The notes under the pieces are model-generated. The model did not search any database. It saw only the letters and a list, made by a program, of their open reading frames with translations, and was not told where the DNA came from. A DNA stretch of 64,000 bases from a bacterium (GTDB lineage: Bacteria; Zhuqueibacterota; Zhuqueibacteria; Residuimicrobiales; Krinioviventaceae), in assembly GCA_963675755.2 (NCBI GenBank), contig CAXXMD010000002.1:608001-672000 (forward strand). The letters run 5' to 3'. Position numbers and translations under genes: made by a program. This document shows, piece after piece, positions 48,307 through 55,646 of this stretch. Numbering within the stretch: the first letter of the stretch is position 1; each line of letters opens with the position of its first letter.

Positions 48307-49800
48307 ATGCGTTTATACAAAATCCTGCTTTCACTATCATTGTTGTTTTTAATAATAATTACCATTATGATGCAGCATTGTTTTGTCGATGATGCTTATA
48401 TCGGCTTTCAAGTTGTAAAAAATGCTATTCATGGGAATGGTTGGGTTTTTAATGCCGGTGAAAGGGTAGAAGCCGTAACCAATATTGGCTGGTTATTGAT
48501 TTTGTATCCTTTCTCCTTTTTAATTCCGGTTACGTTGATCGCCAAGATATTGAATCCAATTTTGATCATTGCTACCATTATCATTTTATTAAAACCTCTG
48601 AAATCGTTCACAAATTACAATTGGGCGGCCTGGTTTACCCTGCTTGTTGTCATCAATTTTGATTACATTTTCTTTTCGCTGGGGGGGATGGAAACCTCGT
48701 TCTTATCGCTTTTATTAAGCATTTTGGCAATAGTCGCATATAAAGGAAAAAACACATATATCATCCCCATAATTTTAGCCTATGCTTTTTTTGTCAGGCC
48801 GGAAACAATTGTTATTTATCCTATAACTTTTGTCATCTTGATGCTCTTTGATCATTGTAATTGGAAAAAAAATCTGTTCCAATTTTCATTATTTGTAATT
48901 TTGATTGGTTTTGGGCAGTTTATGCGCTATTTATATTATGGTAACTGGTTACCCAATACATTCTTGTCCAAACCGGGACAATCTTTGACCCATATCTTTG
49001 AAAATATAGGCAGGCATGGATTCCATTTGCCCAATATTTCAACTCCTTTTTCTGAAATATTATTGGTTTTATTGGTTGTTATTGGAATTCTTTCTATTCC
49101 TAAAAAACACATCAATTTAAAAGCTTTATCTGCTGCTATTGCAGCATGTGCATATTTGTTTGCATTATACGCGCCAACCGACTGGACCAAAACCGGACGA
49201 TATTTTGCGCCCTATGTACCTTACATGACTATGCTTGCCATATTGGGATTTGTTTATGTTTATGATAAAGTGGTCAAGAGTTTCAAATCAGCTTCTCAAA
49301 GTAGCATACAATTAATATCCGGAGCAGTTTTATCTCTTTACATCATCATTGCATCATTTTCGTTTTTGGGATATTTCAATAAAATTAACCTGGAAGCATA
49401 TCCCAATTTTGTTATGACAAGTAAAAATTTGATAGAACCGGCAAAATGGATCAGAGAACATACATCTCCGGATGCTGTTATTGCAACAAGACGGATTGGT
49501 GCTTTGGCATATTACTCGGATCGATACATCTTTGATTTTACGTATGGACTGCCAAATCATAATGTTGCATCAATCATTCACAAAACCAAACGGTCTCATG
49601 ATTCTCCCAATGCGGAAGCATTGAAAGAAATTTGGACATCAACATCTCCGGATTATATTTTAGAAGATACACAAAAAATATTACCATTATTGGCAAAACC
49701 GGATACTCTTTACGTGCAAGGGGAAGTATTTACCATATTGAAGAAATTTCGACTCAACTCGAGTACAGACTGGATCTTGTGCAAAAAATCAGTAGAATAA
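48307..49800 (+). CDS. Polytopic membrane protein, GT-C/AftB-like glycosyltransferase
   Basis: FVDDAYIGF...GERVE, GGMET, RPE, YYGNWLPNT, DW...GRYF, IGALAYYS. Many TMs. Confidence 0.7.
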   Translation: MRLYKILLSLSLLFLIIITIMMQHCFVDDAYIGFQVVKNAIHGNGWVFNAGERVEAVTNIGWLLILYPFSFLIPVTLIAKILNPILIIATIIILLKPLKSFTNYNWAAWFTLLVVINFDYIFFSLGGMETSFLSLLLSILAIVAYKGKNTYIIPIILAYAFFVRPETIVIYPITFVILMLFDHCNWKKNLFQFSLFVILIGFGQFMRYLYYGNWLPNTFLSKPGQSLTHIFENIGRHGFHLPNISTPFSEILLVLLVVIGILSIPKKHINLKALSAAIAACAYLFALYAPTDWTKTGRYFAPYVPYMTMLAILGFVYVYDKVVKSFKSASQSSIQLISGAVLSLYIIIASFSFLGYFNKINLEAYPNFVMTSKNLIEPAKWIREHTSPDAVIATRRIGALAYYSDRYIFDFTYGLPNHNVASIIHKTKRSHDSPNAEALKEIWTSTSPDYILEDTQKILPLLAKPDTLYVQGEVFTILKKFRLNSSTDWILCKKSVE

Positions 49801-49838
49801 AATAAATTTTGGGGATTAATAGGGGCTATAGATACAAA

Positions 49839-50016
49839 AATCCCTGTAACAGGAGCAGCATTAAAAGAACCCTTTCGTCACAGTGGGCACCGCCTTACCG
49901 TTTTTTACTTCCACTGAACACTTCCGAAGAAGCGGAGGCATGTAATACACAGCTAGAGCTAAGCTCCCAATACAAAGGTGTTGGTTCTTTATAACTAACC
50001 ACCTGTAACAGGGACA
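49839..50016 (-). ncRNA. ssrS: 6S RNA
   Basis: About 178 nt long hairpin on the - strand. Terminal stem TCCCTGTTACAGG (50014-50002) pairs with CCTGTTACAGGGA (49853-49841) with one mismatch. 6S-type paired blocks GAACCAACAC...TGGGAGC and GTGCCCAC...GGGTTC. Internal CTTC-TTCG-GAAG hairpin; U-rich after the 3' end. Confidence 0.8.
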
Positions 50017-50186
50017 TAATAAAGTTGGCAATTATCGTGCTAAAAGTCAAGTTAAATATTAATAATTTTTAAAAATATTATTCTTGCCAGGATTCATATT
50101 ACGGGATTTTCTGCTTTTCTAAAACTTGTTCTTTTTTTTATTGCTTTATGTGCTTGTATTGTATAATTTATAAAAAAAAGAGTTTG

Positions 50187-51488
50187 ATGATGAAATCAAA
50201 ACGATTTATATATTTAATTCTTTTCTCTATCTTTTTTTCATCTCATTTAATATTTCCTGCACAAAACCAGGTGTTAAAAATTATTATCAATGGGGATATT
50301 AACCCGGTTACTGCACAATATATTATCAAACATATTCATAAAGCTGAATCAGAAAATTTTGAATGTCTGTTGATTGAAATGGATACACCCGGTGGATTGC
50401 TGCAATCAACCCAGGATATTGTTAAAGAAATTCTGGCGGCGAATGTACCTGTAGTTATGTATATAGCACCAAGTGGTGCCGGTGCTGTTTCGGCAGGAGC
50501 ATTTATCACGCTTTCATGTCATATCGCAGCTATGGCTGAGGGCACCAATATAGGAGCGGCTCACCCTGTAAACTTGATGGGAGGGCAGGATACTTCCAAA
50601 GTTATGGGTGATAAAGTTACCAATTATACAGCAACCTGGGCAAGAACTATTGCTGAAAAACGTGGCAGGAATGCCGATTGGGCAGAAGCAGCTGTTCGCG
50701 AAAGCAATTCTATTAATGAAAAAGACGCTCTTGCTAAAAATGTAATAGACCTGATAGCTAATAACCAGACACAACTGCTGGAACGTATCGATGGACGGAC
50801 CATTGATCTTGAAAAAGTTGAACCAAAAACATTGCAAACACTGCATGCTGATGTCATAACATCAGAGATGAATTGGCGTTATAAAATTTTAAATCGACTT
50901 TCTAGCCCCAATATTGCCTATTTTTTAATGATACTGGGCTTTTATGGGATTTTGTTTGAGCTTTCTAATCCCGGTTCAATTTTACCAGGAGTGTTGGGTG
51001 GTATCTTTTTAATTCTTGCTTTTTTTGCATTACAGACTTTGCCGGTGCGTACTGCTGGAATTGTTTTAATCCTGTTTTCATTGGTTCTGTTTGTTGCCGA
51101 GCTCAAAGTATCAAGTTTTGGAATACTAACAATAGGTGGGATAGTAGCCATGTTCCTAGGTTCAATAATGCTTTTCGATCAGGCTCCGGGCTTTCCTGTA
51201 ATGGTTGACTGGAAAATAGCCTTGACCATTGCACTTTCTACTGCTGCTTTCTTTGTATTTGCATTAGGAAAAGCCGTTCAAGCCAGATTAACAAAACCTA
51301 CTACAGGTAAAGAAGGTTTAATAGATGAAATTGGTGTAGCAGCTACTGCTATAAATACAGAAGGCCAGATATTAATTCATGGTGAAATATGGCGAGCCGA
51401 ATCAAAAGAAAAAATTAAAAAAGGCGATAAAATAATCGTTAAAAGTATTAAAGGTCTGACATGTGAAATTGAAAAATTTAATCAATAA
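50187..51488 (+). CDS. nfeD: NfeD long form (ClpP-class membrane serine protease + OB fold)
   Basis: IEMDTPGG, AVSAGAFI, TNIGAAHPV, AEKRGRN, TM bundle, TGKEGL, HGEIWRA. Followed by an SPFH gene. Confidence 0.9.
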   Translation: MMKSKRFIYLILFSIFFSSHLIFPAQNQVLKIIINGDINPVTAQYIIKHIHKAESENFECLLIEMDTPGGLLQSTQDIVKEILAANVPVVMYIAPSGAGAVSAGAFITLSCHIAAMAEGTNIGAAHPVNLMGGQDTSKVMGDKVTNYTATWARTIAEKRGRNADWAEAAVRESNSINEKDALAKNVIDLIANNQTQLLERIDGRTIDLEKVEPKTLQTLHADVITSEMNWRYKILNRLSSPNIAYFLMILGFYGILFELSNPGSILPGVLGGIFLILAFFALQTLPVRTAGIVLILFSLVLFVAELKVSSFGILTIGGIVAMFLGSIMLFDQAPGFPVMVDWKIALTIALSTAAFFVFALGKAVQARLTKPTTGKEGLIDEIGVAATAINTEGQILIHGEIWRAESKEKIKKGDKIIVKSIKGLTCEIEKFNQ

Positions 51489-51518
51489 ATTTATTCCATC
51501 CTGGAGGAGGAAAAAGTT

Positions 51519-52274
51519 ATGCAGCCCTTAATCGTTATTTTTGTACTGTTGGTGTTGTTACTATCAAGTGCTGTCAAAGTTTTTCGTGAATATGAAAGAG
51601 GTGTTATATTTCGATTAGGACGTTTAATAGGAGACAAGGGACCTGGTATTTTCTTTGTTATTCCAATTGTTGACCGGGTTGTGAAGGTTAGTCTTAGAAT
51701 TATAACATTGGACGTACCAACACAGGATATTATCACAAAAGACAATGTTTCCATCAAAGTAAATGCTGTTATCTTGTACAGGGTATTGGATCCCAGTCGC
51801 GCAATTGTTGAAGTTGAAGATTTTCTTTATGCAACTTCACAACTGGCTCAAACAACATTGAGAAGTATATTAGGCCAGGCAGAATTGGATGAATTGTTGT
51901 CAGAACGTGACAAGATAAATCATGAATTACAAAAAATCATTGATCAACAAACAGATCCATGGGGTATCAAAGTGGTTACGGTTGAAGTAAAACACGTTGA
52001 TCTCCCCTTGGATATGCAGCGAGCCATGGCAAAACAGGCAGAAGCTGAACGTGAAAGACGGGCCAAGATTATCCATGCCAAGGGTGAATTTCAAGCTGCT
52101 GAAACACTTGCCAGTGCTGCAGAAATTATTGCCAAACATCCCCAGGCATTGCAGTTAAGGTATCTGCAAACTTTGTCTGAAATAGCATCAGAGAATAATT
52201 CCACAACTATTTTTCCATTACCTATCGATATGATGAAGCCCTTTTTTAACATGAACAATGATTATAACAAGTAA
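51519..52274 (+). CDS. SPFH/stomatin-like (slipin) protein
   Basis: [60 protein letters not shown]. Confidence 0.95.
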   Translation: MQPLIVIFVLLVLLLSSAVKVFREYERGVIFRLGRLIGDKGPGIFFVIPIVDRVVKVSLRIITLDVPTQDIITKDNVSIKVNAVILYRVLDPSRAIVEVEDFLYATSQLAQTTLRSILGQAELDELLSERDKINHELQKIIDQQTDPWGIKVVTVEVKHVDLPLDMQRAMAKQAEAERERRAKIIHAKGEFQAAETLASAAEIIAKHPQALQLRYLQTLSEIASENNSTTIFPLPIDMMKPFFNMNNDYNK

Positions 52275-52304
52275 AAAAAAGCGGATTTTTATCCGCTTTT
52301 TTTT
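52273..52304 (+). terminator. Intrinsic terminator after the SPFH gene
   Basis: A8-GCGGAT-TTTT-ATCCGC-T8. Confidence 0.85.
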
Positions 52305-52359
52305 GAATACATTTACACTTTAATGCATCTAAAAAAGATAACTAACAATGGAGACGTAC

Positions 52360-52536
52360 GTGGATAACGATACAGTACAGCTGATTTTGTTTTTCGTCAT
52401 TTGGATTGCATTACAAAAATATATTTTCCCTAAATTGGGTATTCCTACTTGAATGTCCGGGGCCTGCGATCTTCCGGCGGAAGATGAGAAAAAAGTAAAA
52501 TACAAAGATGTAAACCTTTTAGAGGAAAAAGAATAA
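52360..52536 (+). CDS. Small membrane protein with an in-frame UGA; candidate selenoprotein (U-x4-C), 58 aa, not in the ORF track
   Basis: GGAGA RBS and GTG 52360; reads MDNDTVQLILFFVIWIALQKYIFPKLGIPT-[TGA 52450]-MSGACDLPAEDEKKVKYKDVNLLEEKE-TAA. The readthrough stop lies 1 nt before the next ATG. Hairpin at 52469-52485. Confidence 0.65.
52469..52485 (+). promoter_or_regulatory. Candidate bacterial SECIS element 1
   Basis: ATCTTCC-GGC-GGAAGAT perfect stem with a G-containing loop, starting 16 nt after the in-frame TGA. Confidence 0.55.
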
Positions 52537-52537
52537 T

Positions 52538-52765
52538 ATGCCTATCTATGAGTATAAATGCAACGCATGTGGACACGTTTTTGAAGAATTTCAAAGTGTT
52601 GGTGCAAGCGGAAAGGACTTGAATTGTCCATCTTGTGGGTCACCTGCACCAGATAAATTGTTTTCCGCATTTGCATCCAGCGGAAATGGTGGAACAAGCT
52701 TTTCAACCGGCAGCACAAGTACCGGTTCATCAGGCTGCAGCAGTGGTTTTGGTTGAGGATTTTAA
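52538..52765 (+). CDS. FmdB-family zinc-ribbon protein, probably with a C-terminal selenocysteine (...GCSSGFG-U-GF)
   Basis: MPIYEYKCNACGH...CPSCGS zinc ribbon. TGA at 52754-52756 is followed by GGA TTT TAA and a SECIS-like hairpin. The ORF track stops at 52756. Confidence 0.7.
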
Positions 52766-52789
52766 CAAAAGACAGGTTGTCTTGTTAAA
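52761..52789 (+). promoter_or_regulatory. Candidate bacterial SECIS element 2
   Basis: TTTAACA-AA-AGACA-GGT-TGTCT-TGTTAAA bulged stem-loop. The loop G is 19 nt after the TGA, and there is no U-run after the stem. Confidence 0.6.
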
Positions 52790-52826
52790 TTGTACTTGAT
52801 TTTGTACATGTCTATTTATACATTTG

Positions 52827-52853
52827 AACGGCAAGTTTAAGCTTGCCGTTTTT
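52827..52853 (+). terminator. Terminator-like hairpin between the small-gene pair and the flavoprotein gene
   Basis: AACGGCAAG-TTTAAG-CTTGCCGTT-TTT. Confidence 0.6.
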
Positions 52854-52873
52854 ATATGAATGCATGAGAAAAT

Positions 52874-54244
52874 ATGAAAAGAACAGCAAACAAAATAATT
52901 GTAATTGGTGGGAATGATTCCGGATTAAGTGCTGCCGGTAGAGCCAAACGCTTGCAGCCTAACCTTGATATTACTGTGTTTGAACGTTCACCGCATATTG
53001 GCTATGCATCATGTGCACTCCCTTATATGATTTCAGGAGAAATTACTACTCCTCAGTTAGCTGGTCATTCACCTCAGGAAATTCGGGAAAAAAGACAATT
53101 CAATGTACACAATCATACTGTAGTTAATGCTATTAATACCTTGAAGAAAACTGTTGTTGCACAAGATTTACAATCTGACAGCATTCAAGAGTTCAAGTAT
53201 GATAAACTTTTATTAGCTACCGGGGCAGAACCGGTTATACCTACGCCCTTGAATGCCAATCAAAAAAATGTTTTTGTATTACGAAATTATAATGATGCGT
53301 TGAAAATCAAGTCGCATCTGGATTCATACACTCCCAAAACAGCGGTTATTGTAGGTGGCAGTTATATTGGTATTGAAATGGCAGAAGCGTTATATCAAAA
53401 AGGATTGAATGTAACAGTAATTGACAAAGCCCCTCAATTATTTTCTGGACTGGTTGAACCATTATCCAAAGATCTTCAAGTATTGCTTGAAGCAAAAGGT
53501 ATTAATTGTATTATTGGCAACTCAATTCAGTCTATTGGTGAGGATAATGGTTTTGTAAAAAGCTTACATTTGACTAATGGAAAAATAGTAACTCCAGATA
53601 TAATTATCACTGCTGTCGGAATTAAACCGGCCACTCGTATTGCAGCCGATGCAGGTATACCTTTAGGACCTTCTGGTGCTTTGATTGTGAATGATTACAT
53701 GCAAACCCGCAGAATGGATGTTTTTGCCGTTGGTGATTGTGTTGAAACCCGAAATCTGGTTACCAAAAAGATGGAATGGATCCCCCTTGCTGGTATAGCA
53801 TCAAAGCAGGGAAGAATTGCCGGCACCAACCTTGCAGGCAAACGTGTAGCATTCCCTGGAGCTCTGGGTACAGCGATGGTTAAGGCGTTTGGTGTGGAAT
53901 TTGGTTTAACGGGTCTGAATATGAATCAGGCAAAACAAGCTGGCTTTGATCCTGTTTTGTCCAGCATAAACCATAAAAACAAGCCTCCATATGTCGCTGA
54001 CTCTGCAGATGTCTCTGTTCATTTAATAACCGATCGAAAATCAAGCAGGATCTTGGGTGGTCAGGTTTGGGGAACAAATGACGCTGCAATGCGTCTAAAT
54101 ATACTGGCTGTTGCTATAACAGCCGGGATGAAATCACGGGACCTGGAGTTTATGGATTTTGGCTATACTCCAATGATCTCGAATATTTGGGAACCTTTGT
54201 CAGTTGCTGGCAATCGTGCACAAAAAAATGAGGTAGTAAAATGA
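52874..54244 (+). CDS. CoA-disulfide/persulfide reductase- or NADH oxidase-like FAD-dependent oxidoreductase
   Basis: IIVIGGNDSG, single redox Cys in GYASCALPY, LLLATGA, IVGGSYIGIEMAE, VFAVGDC, C-terminal GYTP dimerisation motif. Confidence 0.88.
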   Translation: MKRTANKIIVIGGNDSGLSAAGRAKRLQPNLDITVFERSPHIGYASCALPYMISGEITTPQLAGHSPQEIREKRQFNVHNHTVVNAINTLKKTVVAQDLQSDSIQEFKYDKLLLATGAEPVIPTPLNANQKNVFVLRNYNDALKIKSHLDSYTPKTAVIVGGSYIGIEMAEALYQKGLNVTVIDKAPQLFSGLVEPLSKDLQVLLEAKGINCIIGNSIQSIGEDNGFVKSLHLTNGKIVTPDIIITAVGIKPATRIAADAGIPLGPSGALIVNDYMQTRRMDVFAVGDCVETRNLVTKKMEWIPLAGIASKQGRIAGTNLAGKRVAFPGALGTAMVKAFGVEFGLTGLNMNQAKQAGFDPVLSSINHKNKPPYVADSADVSVHLITDRKSSRILGGQVWGTNDAAMRLNILAVAITAGMKSRDLEFMDFGYTPMISNIWEPLSVAGNRAQKNEVVK

Positions 54245-54444
54245 AGAAACATATTTTAAAAATGAGTATCGGTGCAGTAATAGGTGGTGCACTTGGATTT
54301 GCTTATTATTATTTTATCGGTTGTAAATCCGGAAGTTGTCCGTTAACCGGTAATCCATATATTAGTTCGCTTTATGGTGCTGCGATGGGACTCTTGTTGA
54401 CCATGCCTGGTACCAAAAGAACTGAAACCAATCAAGAATCATAA
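54241..54444 (+). CDS. Small two-TM protein with CxSGxCP (DUF6132-like)
   Basis: GAVIGGALGFAYYYFIGCKSGSCPLTGNPYISSLYGA. Overlaps the upstream stop by 4 nt. Confidence 0.75.
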   Translation: MKKHILKMSIGAVIGGALGFAYYYFIGCKSGSCPLTGNPYISSLYGAAMGLLLTMPGTKRTETNQES

Positions 54445-54465
54445 ATTTGACCAACAGAGGAGTGT

Positions 54466-55593
54466 ATGCGGAAATTATCCATCCTGATTATTCTGGTTTT
54501 ATATGTCGTCCCGGTCACTATTGCTCAAAACATTTCAACTGTTCAGGATTGTAATTCCTGTCATACACAAGCTTTTAAACAATGGTCCAAATCAAGACAT
54601 GCCAAATCTGCAGCTGTTAACAGTCCCATCTACAAAGCAATGCTCAATTCCACCTCTACTGAGAATGTTAAAGCGTGTCAAACATGCCATGAACCCGTTG
54701 CTGCACTTGATCAAACCGGATTTGTTTCAAAATCTTTGGTAAATCAAGGCGTGAATTGCGATGTTTGTCATGCGTTCAAGGTTGAAGAAAAACATAAAAA
54801 ATTTACATTTGTTCCGGTAGAGGGCACCAAGAAATTGGGTCCGTATGATGATGCAGTTTCAACTATGCATCAACACGAATATTCCAAAGATCTAAGTGAA
54901 TCAAAATCCTGTTTAATATGTCATAATAACCGACAAAATCCTCATGGTGTCGGATTTATTGATACGGAAGCAGAATGGAAAAAATCGGAATATTATAAAA
55001 ATAATATTGAATGTCAGGATTGCCATCTTCCCGCAATTAGTGGTAAAACAGCTGAACTTGGTAAAATTCGTGATAAAGTTTACAGTCATCGATTCTGGGG
55101 CGGTTTTACCAAAGAAATGATTCAAAGCAGTATTTCTCTTAATCTGGATGTAAATAAGACTGGCAATCATTATGAATTGATGGCAATTTTAAAGAATTTA
55201 ACAGCAGGCCATAATATACCAACCGGCTCTCCATTGCGTATGCTTGTACTTACCATAGAAGCTCATGATGATCTTGGGCAAACCGTATGGAAAAATTACT
55301 ATTATAATCCCATTGAAGAGTCACCCAAGTCAGTATTTATGAAATTACTGAAAAATAGTAACGGTGAAAGTCCTGCATTCCCATGGGAAGCAGCTGGAGA
55401 GGTTTTTGATAATCGATTAGAGCCTCAAAAAGAGAAAATTGTCAAATATCAGATACCTGCAGCAAACATTCAATCTATTAAAGCAACCCTTGAATACCAC
55501 ATTGCTCCACCACCATTATTAAGAATTATGGGAATTGTTAATGATGATTTTAATAGCAAGCAGGTTGCAACTGCATTTTATAGAATTGATTAA
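54466..55593 (+). CDS. Periplasmic multiheme (five CxxCH) cytochrome c, c554/c552-like
   Basis: Signal peptide; CNSCH, CQTCH, CDVCH, CLICH, CQDCH; AGHNIPTG. Confidence 0.9.
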   Translation: MRKLSILIILVLYVVPVTIAQNISTVQDCNSCHTQAFKQWSKSRHAKSAAVNSPIYKAMLNSTSTENVKACQTCHEPVAALDQTGFVSKSLVNQGVNCDVCHAFKVEEKHKKFTFVPVEGTKKLGPYDDAVSTMHQHEYSKDLSESKSCLICHNNRQNPHGVGFIDTEAEWKKSEYYKNNIECQDCHLPAISGKTAELGKIRDKVYSHRFWGGFTKEMIQSSISLNLDVNKTGNHYELMAILKNLTAGHNIPTGSPLRMLVLTIEAHDDLGQTVWKNYYYNPIEESPKSVFMKLLKNSNGESPAFPWEAAGEVFDNRLEPQKEKIVKYQIPAANIQSIKATLEYHIAPPPLLRIMGIVNDDFNSKQVATAFYRID

Positions 55594-55607
55594 AAAGTTC
55601 GAGATAT

Positions 55608-55643
55608 AAAAAAAGCCCTTGAAAAATTTTCAAGGGCTTTTTT
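55608..55643. terminator. Bidirectional intrinsic terminator between convergent genes
   Basis: A7-GCCCTTGAAA...TTTCAAGGGC-T6. Confidence 0.88.
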
Positions 55644-55646
55644 GTT

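Noticed and set aside
49809-49994. 61-aa + strand ORF
   Set aside because: No recognisable protein features, and it lies antisense to the predicted 6S RNA.
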